A DNA stretch of 57,473 nucleotides from a virus (lineage: Duplodnaviria > Caudoviricetes): positions 1-57,473 of IMG/VR virus record IMGVR_UViG_3300036985_006568; one strand, given 5' to 3'. Within the stretch, counting starts at the first letter, position 1, and every line of letters starts with the position of its first letter. The notes under the pieces are model-generated. The model was not told where the DNA came from. It was given only the letters and a program-made list of their open reading frames with translations, and did no database searches. This document shows, piece by piece, positions 18,433 to 28,534 of this stretch. The translations under genes were made by a program, and so were the position numbers.

Positions 18433-19815
18433 GTGCCTATGGGCTGGTGGCCTTTTGCAAGAAAAGGTAGTGACGTTTCGGAAGCACCAAAACCGGCAAC
18501 TGCCTCCCTGTATACAGATGTCGCTGTCTCTCAACTAATAGGATTGATGACCTCACTTCCTGAGATGGACCAAGTATTACTGGCTGCGGGGATTACTAGG
18601 GCGTCCCTGTCAAAGTTAGAGACTGATGATGAGATATTTCAGGCGCTGCGCACGCGCCGGGATGCGGTGATCGCGACACCATGGCGTTTGGAACCAGGGA
18701 CAGGGAACGTAACAGAATTCATCATTGAAGAACTTACCCCGATAATGGATACATTGGTGGGTAATGCCTGGCGTGCGATCTCCTACGGGTATAACGTCCA
18801 AGAGGTAATATACAAGGAACGGCAAGATGGTAAGATTGGCCTTGCAAGGGTGGTTACGAAACCTTTACAATGGTTTGAACCACAACCGGACATGACATTG
18901 AAATACTACCCTCCTCAGGGGTTAGGGGCCCTAGGAAAACAGGTGGACACGACATACAAATTCCTATTGACGCAGCATGACGCAACGTATGAAAACCCAC
19001 GCGGGGAAGCAATCCTTTCCAGGTTGTACTGGCCATGGTTTTTCAGGTTTAATAGTTGGAGATTTTGGGGCCAGTTCCTGGAAAGGTTTGGAACACCAAT
19101 CCTCGTTGGAAAATCAGGTGATCCAAAGAAGATGGCAGAAGCTCTGTTAGCAGCACATCAGGATGCAGTAATTGCTCATGGACCTGATGATGAGATCACG
19201 ATGCTGGACAATAAGGGAGAGGGACGGGCATTTGCTTCAATTGAACAAGCGATCATCATGCGAATTCAGAAACTGATCCTTGGACAGACCTTGACCTCAG
19301 GTTCAGGAAATGCTGATTCAGGTGCCTCATATGCACTTGGCGTTATCCATAATACAGTTCGTGATGACCTTAGAAAAGCTGACCTGAGACTGATCCGAAA
19401 GACGGTACAGGTACTAGTCGATGCTCTCTGCGCCCTGAATTTCCCAACACGTATCATTCCTAAGTTCATGTTTGATGATGGTACTGGACTGGCCAAGGAC
19501 AGAGCAGAGAGAGATACACTCCTGTGGAAGTTGGGAGTGACCTTCACGAAGCAGTACTATACAGATCGTTATGATTTGACTGACGTAGACTTTGATTTAG
19601 ATCCCGCCATTAGACTGAAGACACAAATGATTCAAACAGATAGTTTGGATACCCCTAATGATGGGAAACCGCTTCCTCAGAATACTCAGGGATTGAAGAT
19701 CAATACACCTACACAAGCAAAAGGACGTGGAACTACCGATTCCAAGAGTGATAACAACAAACCAGATGAAACGAAGGGTGCGCCTAAGAGTGCTACCGGT
19801 GGGAGTGTGAAATGA
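18433..19815 (+). CDS. Portal protein, Mu gp29 / DUF935 family
   Basis: NPRGEAILSRLYWPW, FLERFGTP, KLILGQTLTS, SYALGVIHNTVRDD. Confidence 0.9.
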   Translation: MPMGWWPFARKGSDVSEAPKPATASLYTDVAVSQLIGLMTSLPEMDQVLLAAGITRASLSKLETDDEIFQALRTRRDAVIATPWRLEPGTGNVTEFIIEELTPIMDTLVGNAWRAISYGYNVQEVIYKERQDGKIGLARVVTKPLQWFEPQPDMTLKYYPPQGLGALGKQVDTTYKFLLTQHDATYENPRGEAILSRLYWPWFFRFNSWRFWGQFLERFGTPILVGKSGDPKKMAEALLAAHQDAVIAHGPDDEITMLDNKGEGRAFASIEQAIIMRIQKLILGQTLTSGSGNADSGASYALGVIHNTVRDDLRKADLRLIRKTVQVLVDALCALNFPTRIIPKFMFDDGTGLAKDRAERDTLLWKLGVTFTKQYYTDRYDLTDVDFDLDPAIRLKTQMIQTDSLDTPNDGKPLPQNTQGLKINTPTQAKGRGTTDSKSDNNKPDETKGAPKSATGGSVK

Positions 19816-20774
19816 CCTTTGATATAGATAAGATCAAATCAGAAGATCTTGAGTTTAAGATCTCATCAACAGTTGAAATAGGGGTAGTAGGTCAAGGACC
19901 AAGACGTTTTTCAGGCATAGGATATTCAGGTGAACCTATTATAGGTCATCCCTATTGGGGGACTGTTGCCTTTGATCTGTCTGGTATGCAGATTCCAAAT
20001 CCGATGCCCATCCTACTTGGGCACGATCCAGATAAGATTGTTGGGCATTCCCAAAGTTTTTCAACAGCAGGAAGTTTAAAACTTGAAGGCATACTTTCAA
20101 GAGTTACGGAGTTTGGTTCTCATGTAGAAAAACTTTCGGATGAAGGTTTCCCCTGGCAAATGTCAGTAAGGATAAAGCCATCTGTAATTGAAGAACTTAT
20201 GCCAGGTGTTACTGCGGAGGTTAATGGAAGAACACTACAAGGTCCGGCAGTTATTTTCCGCAAGTCTAAGGTCTCAGAAACTAGTTTTACGCCGATCGGT
20301 TGGGATGATAAGACTTCCGCAACGGCTTTGAGTCTCACAACTATCAAAAAGGAGGACGACATGTCCGCTGAACTTGAAGCCAAGGTCAAACAATTGACCG
20401 AAGAACTCCTGGCTTCCAACACTCAACTAGAAGCTGCTACGGTGGCTATCTCTTCCCTAAGTGATCAAATTGCCTTGTTTAAGGAGGCAGAGCAAAAGGT
20501 AGTTAAGGAAATTCGTCTATCTAAGGTAAAAGAACTCTTCACTAAAATGAAGAAGGAAGCAACGGATGATGCCATTATTCCTTTCCTGTCAATGGATGAG
20601 ACTACTTTCGCCTTGGTTCTAACCAACATTGACGAGATGTCACGAACCCTCGTCCCTAAGACATTGTTTGAAGAGCAGGCTGCCGGAAATCCAAGAGAAG
20701 GAGGAACGCAAAATAAACCGGCTATTGTACAAGATGCTGAACGAAGAGCAGAAGCCTACTCTCATCGTAAATAA
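19812..20774 (+). CDS. Prohead protease / scaffold protein
   Basis: PILLGHD..IVG, GFPWQMSV; C-terminal coiled coil with an internal RBS and ATG (MSAELE) for a possible scaffold. Confidence 0.8.
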   Translation: MTFDIDKIKSEDLEFKISSTVEIGVVGQGPRRFSGIGYSGEPIIGHPYWGTVAFDLSGMQIPNPMPILLGHDPDKIVGHSQSFSTAGSLKLEGILSRVTEFGSHVEKLSDEGFPWQMSVRIKPSVIEELMPGVTAEVNGRTLQGPAVIFRKSKVSETSFTPIGWDDKTSATALSLTTIKKEDDMSAELEAKVKQLTEELLASNTQLEAATVAISSLSDQIALFKEAEQKVVKEIRLSKVKELFTKMKKEATDDAIIPFLSMDETTFALVLTNIDEMSRTLVPKTLFEEQAAGNPREGGTQNKPAIVQDAERRAEAYSHRK

Positions 20775-20852
20775 AAACGATACTTTGTTAAAAAAGCGAT
20801 AAATCGTATGTATAATTAGATAGTACACTTATACTCTTTCAAGGAGAAAAAC

Positions 20853-21239
20853 ATGACTACGCTGAGTGAGTCCGCCCGACAAGGTGATTTCCTTCGTTGG
20901 GAGTTGGAACCTAATTTTTGCCGTGAAGAAGTTACAACTGTTGCAGTAGCCGCCCTTAAAAAGGGTCAGGTCCTAGCCATTCTTACCTCTGATGGTAAAT
21001 ACTATCCGTCAGTGGATGGTGTATCTTCAGGGTTGGAAAATCCTGTTGGTATCCTACTTGAGGATATGGCTATTACTACAGGTCGACTTGCCGTTGTTCT
21101 TCTTCGCTTTGCAATCCTAGTCCCAGGAGATATGATCTGGGGTGCTTCTTATGATAGTGCTGGTAAGATTGCTGCTGGCGTCGCTAAGTTGAAGTCCGCG
21201 TCCAACATCCTCGTGGTTCCCGCCGCGAAATACGTGTAA
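20853..21239 (+). CDS. Head decoration protein (lambda gpD-like)
   Basis: Position before the capsid gene; FCREEVT...GQVLA...GILL. Confidence 0.8.
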   Translation: MTTLSESARQGDFLRWELEPNFCREEVTTVAVAALKKGQVLAILTSDGKYYPSVDGVSSGLENPVGILLEDMAITTGRLAVVLLRFAILVPGDMIWGASYDSAGKIAAGVAKLKSASNILVVPAAKYV

Positions 21240-21251
21240 GGAGAGACCCAG

Positions 21252-22268
21252 ATGCCGCCCATCGATCCCTTTAATGCTACCGGGTTTAATCTTACGACCC
21301 TCACCCAGTCGATCAATAAGCTACCCAATCAGTATGGACGATTGGAACAACTTGGTTTGTTCCCAATTAAGGGTATCTCCACTAGAACGCTTGAAGTTGA
21401 AGAGCGTAATGGTGTGCTTGCCCTTGTTCCTACTCATGGATGGGGCGCACCTGGTGCGCAGAATAAATCAGGGAAGCGTATCCTTCGCACCTTTAGCATT
21501 CCTCAGATGACCCTTGAGGATGCTGTTCAGGCTGCTGATGTTGTTGGCATCCGCCGATTTGGCTCCGAAAATGAACTTGAAACGGTTGAGATGCGCGTGA
21601 ACGATAAGCTGCAGGAGATGCGCAATAAACTCGACCAGACCCTAGAGTATCGACGTTTTGGTGCTCTTAAGGGTATCATGTATGATGCTGACGCTTCTAC
21701 CGTGCTTTATAACCTCTACACGGAATTCAGTGTCTCTCCGATGGCGATTGATTTTGCTCTCAACGTGACCACGACTGAAGTGTTGACCAAGTGCTTGACT
21801 GTTAAACGTCATGTTGAAGATAAACTCATGGGCGAGCGTTGTTCAGGGTATCTTGCCCTTGTGTCCTCCGAATTCTACGACAAACTTACTACCCACGCAG
21901 TTGTCAAGGATGCCTATAAGTATTGGGCTGCTGCACAGCGCAATCTGACTGAAGACCAACGTTCCGGTTTCACTTTCGGTGGTATCACTTTCGAAGAGTA
22001 CCGAGCGACCGTGACCAACACCGGTGGGACCCAGACGAAGTTGATCACTGCTCTCGACGGCCATGTCATTCCTCTTGGAACCAGTAGCACATTCTCTACT
22101 TTCGCTGCTGCTGCAGATTTCGTTGAGACCGTGAACACCATCGGCCAGCAGTATTATGTTAAGTCTGAAGTCCAGAAGTACAACAGAGGTTTGGACATGC
22201 ACGTTCAGTCAAACGTACTTCCTATGTGCATGCGTCCTGAACTTCTTGTCCGCATCTACACGAGCTAA
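21252..22268 (+). CDS. Major capsid protein (phage capsid E family)
   Basis: LTQSINKLP, TLEYRRFGALKG, FTFGGITFEEY, QSNVLPMCMRP. Confidence 0.92.
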   Translation: MPPIDPFNATGFNLTTLTQSINKLPNQYGRLEQLGLFPIKGISTRTLEVEERNGVLALVPTHGWGAPGAQNKSGKRILRTFSIPQMTLEDAVQAADVVGIRRFGSENELETVEMRVNDKLQEMRNKLDQTLEYRRFGALKGIMYDADASTVLYNLYTEFSVSPMAIDFALNVTTTEVLTKCLTVKRHVEDKLMGERCSGYLALVSSEFYDKLTTHAVVKDAYKYWAAAQRNLTEDQRSGFTFGGITFEEYRATVTNTGGTQTKLITALDGHVIPLGTSSTFSTFAAAADFVETVNTIGQQYYVKSEVQKYNRGLDMHVQSNVLPMCMRPELLVRIYTS

Positions 22269-22271
22269 TCA

Positions 22272-22697
22272 ATGGCGTATTCTGCTAAAACAGATATGAT
22301 ATCTCTGTTCGGTGAGACGGAAATAATCCAACTCACCGACAGAGATTCTCTCGGTGTAATAGATGATGTCATCTTAAGCCGAGCGATCTTATCAGCAGAT
22401 GGAGAGATTGATAGTTATATCGGCGCTGTATACGAGTTGCCACTTCCATCAGTTTCCGATATGCTTGTGACAGCCAGTTGCAACATCACTCGTTTTCGTC
22501 TCTATTCAAGTAGGGCGACTGAAGAGGTAAAGATACGTTATGATGATACTATTCGTTGGTTGAGAGATGTTTCAAGAGGCATAGCAACCCTCGGATTAAA
22601 GATAACGGATGATCAACCAACAAATAATCTCGTAGTTGTATCAACAAGGACACAAATTTTTACTGATGACATCTTTAGTAAGATGGATTTGACATGA
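22272..22697 (+). CDS. Head-tail adaptor, Mu gp36 / DUF1320 family
   Basis: FGETEIIQLTDR, ADGEIDSYIG..YELPL, RYDDTIRWLRDVSRG. Confidence 0.9.
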   Translation: MAYSAKTDMISLFGETEIIQLTDRDSLGVIDDVILSRAILSADGEIDSYIGAVYELPLPSVSDMLVTASCNITRFRLYSSRATEEVKIRYDDTIRWLRDVSRGIATLGLKITDDQPTNNLVVVSTRTQIFTDDIFSKMDLT

Positions 22698-23278
22698 GTA
22701 ATAAGATCATAGGCCTCAAGATGAAAGCCACTCCTGAAGGGTTATACCTTCAGAATTGGAAAAAACTTGTTGCCTTGATCGAGCACCCTAGTCCAATGTG
22801 GGGTGCAATTGGTAAGTTCATGGTTGAATCTACAATGGATAGGTTTTATACCCAGTTGGATCCTAGTGGAAGAAAATGGCGTCCTTCTGGAAGAGTTCTT
22901 GGTTTCAAATCAAAGTTTCCAGCTCATCGTGTGATGGAGATTGTAACAAATCTAGAGGCCTATACACGATCGACCCTCACCCTTGTAAAATCCGGTAAGA
23001 TGGCTAGTAGGACAAGTTTCCAGTACAGAGCCGCTGATAGCGGTGTTGAATGGGGTTCAAAGACTGTTTACGCAATGAGACACCAATTTGGAGCCGTTGT
23101 AAAAGCAAAGAAAACTTTTATGCGGTTTAAGACCGATAATGGTTGGGTGACAGTAAAAAAGTTCATCACACCTAAAAGATCTTTTCTTGGCATGTCTACA
23201 GCCGATCGTGAAACTATCCGTAAGGTTGTAAAAGATTATATCTATATTTGTTTTAATGATGTGGTACAACCATCATGA
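22694..23278 (+). CDS. Virion morphogenesis / tail completion protein (Mu G-like)
   Basis: RFYTQLDPSGRKW, YAMRHQFG, PKRSFLGMS. Confidence 0.85.
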   Translation: MSNKIIGLKMKATPEGLYLQNWKKLVALIEHPSPMWGAIGKFMVESTMDRFYTQLDPSGRKWRPSGRVLGFKSKFPAHRVMEIVTNLEAYTRSTLTLVKSGKMASRTSFQYRAADSGVEWGSKTVYAMRHQFGAVVKAKKTFMRFKTDNGWVTVKKFITPKRSFLGMSTADRETIRKVVKDYIYICFNDVVQPS

Positions 23279-23703
23279 ATGATTACTTTGTAGCAGAAAA
23301 ACCAATAGTAGACCGTCTAAAGGTAGAGGTCCCTGAAGTTAATGGACGAGTCTTTACCCTGAGTAACATTGAGCAAGTGACAGAAGAACAGCAAACTACT
23401 CCAGCTCTTCATGTATTGCATGGAGGGGACATCATAGGAAAATCTTCAAGTGATGGACAAGCTCAGACATTTGATCAGATCTGGATAGTTGTAGTAGCCG
23501 TAAAGAATGCAAAAGCACAAAAATCCGGTGAGTTACTTCGTGAGATAGCCGGACCAATCATCTTTAAACTCCTACGAGCGCTTCAGGGTTTTCAGCCAGA
23601 TGTCTCTTGCGCACCTCTTCATCGAATGGAATCAGCAGAACCAGAGTATAAATCGGGATTTGCCTTTTTTCCGTACGCTTTCACAACCAAGATTGTCATA
23701 TAG
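23275..23703 (+). CDS. Tail terminator (Mu gp37-like)
   Basis: Position; QIWIVVVAV...AGPIIFKLLRALQGF. Confidence 0.75.
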   Translation: MNDYFVAEKPIVDRLKVEVPEVNGRVFTLSNIEQVTEEQQTTPALHVLHGGDIIGKSSSDGQAQTFDQIWIVVVAVKNAKAQKSGELLREIAGPIIFKLLRALQGFQPDVSCAPLHRMESAEPEYKSGFAFFPYAFTTKIVI

Positions 23704-23712
23704 GAGGCTCCC

Positions 23713-24483
23713 ATGCCTTATTACCGCGGACAAGGAAAACTATACGTGGCGGAAAGAAATCTTACCACCAGTTACCCTCTAGCCTTTCGATATGTGGGTA
23801 ACGTGCCCGAGTTGAAGGTGGCTTTTGAAGTCACTAAGCTCGAGCACAAAGAATCATTTTCCGGAAATAACCTAACTGATCTCCAGTTGATCACTGAAAA
23901 GAAATCCTCCATGAGCTGTATCTTGGAGAATTTTACCAAGGAAAACCTAGCTCTTCTGTTCAATGGCACAGATACCTCTCTAACTGGTACAACTCCTGTA
24001 ACGGCCTATCCACTACTTGGATCTACCACTCCGGCTGTGGGACAATGTTTCATGCTCCCGCGTAAGAATGTTTCTGCTGTTGTGATTAAGGATTCAACTG
24101 GTTCGCCTAAGACCCTAGTTTTGAATGTCAATTATACTATCGACCTAAAGGCCGCTATGATCGAACTCATTGACGTCACCACAGGGGCTCCCTGGGTTGG
24201 TCCTCTTACTGCGGATTTTACTCCTGCTGTGAGTGTTGAGGTTGCTATGTTTAATGCCGCGGCCACGGATAAGTGGTTCCGTTTCATTGGTTTGAATACA
24301 GCGAATAACAGCATCCCTTGCGTCGTGGATCTATTTAAGGTTCAACTCGATCCAACGAAGGAATTTGCAATGATCGGTGATGAAGTTGCCAAGTTCGCTC
24401 TTGATGGTGCTGTTCTAATGGATCCTTTGCGACTCTCCAGTGATACCCTCGGTCAGTTTGGTTCTGTGACGCTTCTAGCCTAA
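23713..24483 (+). CDS. Major tail tube protein
   Basis: YYRGQGKLYV, YVGNVPEL, LEHKES; no sheath gene present. Confidence 0.85.
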   Translation: MPYYRGQGKLYVAERNLTTSYPLAFRYVGNVPELKVAFEVTKLEHKESFSGNNLTDLQLITEKKSSMSCILENFTKENLALLFNGTDTSLTGTTPVTAYPLLGSTTPAVGQCFMLPRKNVSAVVIKDSTGSPKTLVLNVNYTIDLKAAMIELIDVTTGAPWVGPLTADFTPAVSVEVAMFNAAATDKWFRFIGLNTANNSIPCVVDLFKVQLDPTKEFAMIGDEVAKFALDGAVLMDPLRLSSDTLGQFGSVTLLA

Positions 24484-24511
24484 TAACGACATCTAGCAAG
24501 GAGAAATTCAG

Positions 24512-24931
24512 ATGTCAGATCTAGACACTCTAGTCCCGATAAATCGTACAATTATTTTGCAAGGAGAGACCTTAGTAATTGAGCAGTTTAGGTTTACTCA
24601 GTTTTCTAAGGTCGCTAAGATAGTTCAGCGAGTAAAGAAAAATGTAGGCGATTTCGATGTTAAGATTGACACAGATGAAGATGGAAATAAAAGTCTTGAC
24701 ATGGATTATCTTAAATTAATTGCTGAGTGTGAAGAAGAGATCGTAGAGCTATGCATCCTAGCTACCAATAAAGATAGGAACTTTATTGACAAGTTAGAAG
24801 GAGATGAGGGTATCGCCTTGTTGACCCTTATCTTCGAGGTAAACATGGATTTTTTTTCCCAGAGAATACTACCCCAACTGCTATTAGCGATTCAGCGCGT
24901 GTCAAAACAGACGATGGGTGGTGTTCTATAG
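24512..24931 (+). CDS. Tail assembly chaperone
   Basis: Between tube and tape-measure genes; EVNMDFF slippery site. Confidence 0.8.
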   Translation: MSDLDTLVPINRTIILQGETLVIEQFRFTQFSKVAKIVQRVKKNVGDFDVKIDTDEDGNKSLDMDYLKLIAECEEEIVELCILATNKDRNFIDKLEGDEGIALLTLIFEVNMDFFSQRILPQLLLAIQRVSKQTMGGVL

Positions 24932-25149
24932 TTTCTAGGTTGATTCATTTTGGTCACACTTGGTCGGAAATAAACCAGTACACCTTGAAGCAAATTCTCT
25001 TGTTCCATGAGCATTCTTTTCGCGTGCAATGCTTAGATAGGGCGGAGGAAATTAATGACCGGGCTCTTGCTCAGAATGGTACTGTTGAGCAACGAGCCCG
25101 AGTTACATCAACGCTATATGACATATCATTAGGGTTGTATCATGGCTGA
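24850..25149 (+). CDS. Tail assembly chaperone -1 frameshift extension
   Basis: T8 run at 24850-24857; the -1 frame is open from there into ORF 24940-25149. Confidence 0.75.
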   Translation, partial: FFFPENTTPTAISDSARVKTDDGWCSIVSRLIHFGHTWSEINQYTLKQILLFHEHSFRVQCLDRAEEINDRALAQNGTVEQRARVTSTLYDISLGLYHG

Positions 25150-28100
25150 TATGCGAATAAAGTTGAATCTAGATGCCTCTACAAGTGGGGCAGAGGCAAT
25201 AAAGGCACTAATAGCCGATTTGTTGAGGATTCAATCGGAAGCAAAAGCTGCTGATAAAGCCGCTCAGTCAGTGAAAAAAAGTGGGTCCCCAGTAGCTAAA
25301 TCCGATACGGTTTTCGCTAGGGAAGTCGGAAAGGTTGCTGATGCTGCTGCAGAAAAGAGATTTAAATCTGCTGAAGCGGTAGCAAAAAAGGAATTCAAAC
25401 TTATTAAAGAAGCTGGACAGTTTGCTCAAGCAGAAGAAGTAAAACGAACGAAACTAGCAAATATAGAAGTTGCACAGAGGGAAAAGATTTCTGCCGCTTC
25501 AGCAAAAAGAGATATGGCTTTTGCTAGAGAAGTTGGAAAAGTTGCAGATGCAGAGGCGGCAAAAAGAACAAAAGCGGCAGATGCTGCGGCAAAAAAAGCC
25601 GCGAATATAGGTACTAAGACTGTGCCTCGTGGCCTTATAGAAACTGCTGCCTACTTTGTAAAGATCAGTATCCTAGCTAATATTATTCGTACAGCAGTCA
25701 TGGCTATTCCAAGGGTCTTGGCAGCTGTTGTTACAGAAGGAATTAGAATTAATGCTGAATTTGAGAGTATCAAGTTTGGTATTGCTTCTGTGATCAATGC
25801 TCAGTTGCGTCTTGGGGATGCTAGTGGAAACCAATATGAAGGAATAGAAAAATATAACGCAGCCTTAAAATTATCAGAGGAATGGTTCAATAAGATCCGT
25901 ATCGCAGCTCTTAAAACACAAGCGACCACAGAACAACTTTCATTAGGGTTTCAAACTGCAGTTTCTGTTGGCGCAAGTCAGGGAATAACTGATCTTAAAC
26001 AGATCTTTGATCTGACAATCGGCATAACAAATGCAGCAACGGCTATGAACATTAGTATGGACATGGTCCCAGTTGCTATTCGTGCTGTTTTAACCGGGCG
26101 CATGGCAACACATAACGTTGTTGCTAGAACACTAGGTATTACTCTAGCCCAGAATAATGCTTGGAAGGCTGAAGGAACCCTAGTTGAAAATCTAACTAAG
26201 CGCCTTTCTCCATTTACTGCAGCAGCAGAGATTTCGGCTAAATCATTTAAGGTTATGTCCTCAAACATCCTGGAAGCCTTCCAGATCTTGTCTGCGGATG
26301 TGACCTCCGGTCTATTTTCAAGTCTAAAAGTGTCAATGAATAAATACTTTTGGGATTTATTCGATTTTAAGAATCTATCTTTAGCAAGTCGATTTCAACC
26401 GCTTGTTGACGGTTTGAAAGGATTATTTACCTCATTAGGTGAGATGGTTGCATCCACTGTCGATGGTATTATGTCTGCTTTGGAAAAGATAAACACCTGG
26501 ATAAAGGAACACCCAACTAAGGTAATGGAGTTACAGGTCGCTTGGGATACACTATTAAAAACTATATCTAGTTCAATGGGTGAGATTTTTAGAACCGGAA
26601 CTGATAAAAGTGGGGCATTTACAACTGTTTTATCGAGGGTGATGAATACCATCTCTCTTATAATTGCTGCATTTACAGATGCTTATAGAATAGCCACTAC
26701 CTTCATGGATATGGCTTTCTGGGCTCCTTTATCAGATATTTTTAAGAGTCTTGGAATTTTGTTCAGAGAGGGTCCACTTGCTGCAATAAGGGAATTTGAA
26801 AGAGTTGGAAACGCTGCGACGAATGCTTTTAAAAGTATCTTTACTACCAGAATGGATATGGCAAAAGTATTTGACAATGTAGATGCAACGAATGGTAAAT
26901 TAGCAAATACGAAAAAAAGTATTGATGCTATTGCCGATGCTATTAAAAGAATGGATACTTCAAATCTTGAAGCAAGGGATATAATAAAGCTACCAAAAGT
27001 ACAGCAAGATGAAAGTTTGCTTTCTGCTCGTGAGGTTATAGAAAAGAAAAAAGGTACCGGAACTCAGGTTCTAGGAGCCGCTTGGGCTCCACCCGAAAAG
27101 AAGGTTCCTTCAACAACGAATGCTGAGATACGAGAAGACAACTTAGTTGCGAAACATAAACTTGCTTTATTAAAAGAATACTATGCACTAAGGAATAAAT
27201 TAGAAGCTGATAGTTTGAAACTAGGTGAAATATCAATTGAAGAGTATTATACTCGTCAATTAGAGCGTATTGAGGAAGAAAGTAAAGCCGAAATAGAAAT
27301 AAAACGAGATCAAATAAAAGAGATAGAAAAATCTTCAGCAAAAACAGCAGCTGATGAAAAGAAAAAAGCTTTTGAAGTATTAAAGATCAATCAAGAGATT
27401 GAACTCATACAAGTAAAGACAGATAAAGAGAAAACTCTTAGTGGATTAGCTCAGCTAGACGCCCTTAAAACGTACAGAACCGAAGCACTTAACTTGGCTG
27501 ATGAACTAGCAAGGAAACAAGTCACAGATCCAAGAAGTTCTAAGGATAGGGTTGCAGCTCAATATGAGGCAACAATAGCTAAGTTAAAGGCTAATGCAAC
27601 TCCAGCTGATGAGGCTTTGTTAGTAAAACTTTTAGGGGCTTGGGAAGCGGAACAAGACCTTGAAGATTTTACCCTTCTATATACAACAAAACTCTCCAGT
27701 ATGGAGGCTCAACTCGCTATAGTTGAACAAAGTGAAGCGTCAGGAGCTATTAGAAGTATTGAGGCTAATAGGCAAAGAATTGCTGTATATCAGCAATGGA
27801 TTCCCGTTCTTCAAGAGATAAATGATAAGCAAATCCAGGCAGCTGCAACTTCTGAAGAACCTGGATTGATGGAAGCAGCGGAGAGGACAAGACTTAGCAT
27901 TGTAAAACTTAAGGATAGTCTCATCATTTTAAAAGATAAGTATGCTGAATTAAAGCAAGGAGCTTATGACTCTATATCGGAAGGGCTTATAGCCGCTTTA
28001 GACTCTATTGGTAATCATACATCGTCAGTATCTGATGCTTTTAGAAATATGGCTCTTTCCATTGTGGAATCAATCCAACAAATTATTACTAGAATGATTG

Positions 28101-28534
28101 TCATGCGCATGATGCAGGCAGCAATGAGTATGTTCTCCGGGCCTAGTAATGCTAGTAATTGGGGTTCAGGTAAATCCCCAGGCATGGCAGGAGGGGGTCT
28201 TGTAGAAGGTCCGGGAACAAGTACCTCTGATTCTATCCCCTGTAGACTTTCCGATGGAGAGTACGTTGTGAGAGCAGTTGCCGTTCGCAAATTAGGTCTT
28301 CCTTTCATGGACGCCATTAACGGTTTAAAAAGTAGGCCAAATATAGCTTTTGCAGAAGGTGGACCAGTTCAAAGTACAGTAACCCCCACCCGCGCGGAGC
28401 CGGGAACAACAAAAATGGAGATAGGATTAGAAGAAGGACTCTTCGTGAAGCATCTACAAACCCCTAAAGGTGAACGAGCCATACTTGAAGTCCTTGGCCG
28501 TAATCCAAACTACCTAAGGAGTATGACCACATGA
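25142..28534 (+). CDS. Tape measure protein
   Basis: 1130 aa Ala-rich helical protein; C-terminal GGLVEGPGTSTSDSIP..LSDGEYV. Confidence 0.95.
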   Translation: MADMRIKLNLDASTSGAEAIKALIADLLRIQSEAKAADKAAQSVKKSGSPVAKSDTVFAREVGKVADAAAEKRFKSAEAVAKKEFKLIKEAGQFAQAEEVKRTKLANIEVAQREKISAASAKRDMAFAREVGKVADAEAAKRTKAADAAAKKAANIGTKTVPRGLIETAAYFVKISILANIIRTAVMAIPRVLAAVVTEGIRINAEFESIKFGIASVINAQLRLGDASGNQYEGIEKYNAALKLSEEWFNKIRIAALKTQATTEQLSLGFQTAVSVGASQGITDLKQIFDLTIGITNAATAMNISMDMVPVAIRAVLTGRMATHNVVARTLGITLAQNNAWKAEGTLVENLTKRLSPFTAAAEISAKSFKVMSSNILEAFQILSADVTSGLFSSLKVSMNKYFWDLFDFKNLSLASRFQPLVDGLKGLFTSLGEMVASTVDGIMSALEKINTWIKEHPTKVMELQVAWDTLLKTISSSMGEIFRTGTDKSGAFTTVLSRVMNTISLIIAAFTDAYRIATTFMDMAFWAPLSDIFKSLGILFREGPLAAIREFERVGNAATNAFKSIFTTRMDMAKVFDNVDATNGKLANTKKSIDAIADAIKRMDTSNLEARDIIKLPKVQQDESLLSAREVIEKKKGTGTQVLGAAWAPPEKKVPSTTNAEIREDNLVAKHKLALLKEYYALRNKLEADSLKLGEISIEEYYTRQLERIEEESKAEIEIKRDQIKEIEKSSAKTAADEKKKAFEVLKINQEIELIQVKTDKEKTLSGLAQLDALKTYRTEALNLADELARKQVTDPRSSKDRVAAQYEATIAKLKANATPADEALLVKLLGAWEAEQDLEDFTLLYTTKLSSMEAQLAIVEQSEASGAIRSIEANRQRIAVYQQWIPVLQEINDKQIQAAATSEEPGLMEAAERTRLSIVKLKDSLIILKDKYAELKQGAYDSISEGLIAALDSIGNHTSSVSDAFRNMALSIVESIQQIITRMIVMRMMQAAMSMFSGPSNASNWGSGKSPGMAGGGLVEGPGTSTSDSIPCRLSDGEYVVRAVAVRKLGLPFMDAINGLKSRPNIAFAEGGPVQSTVTPTRAEPGTTKMEIGLEEGLFVKHLQTPKGERAILEVLGRNPNYLRSMTT

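Noticed and set aside
25300-25560. Repeated FAREVGKVADA peptide in the tape measure protein
   Set aside because: Internal repeats are normal in tape measure proteins
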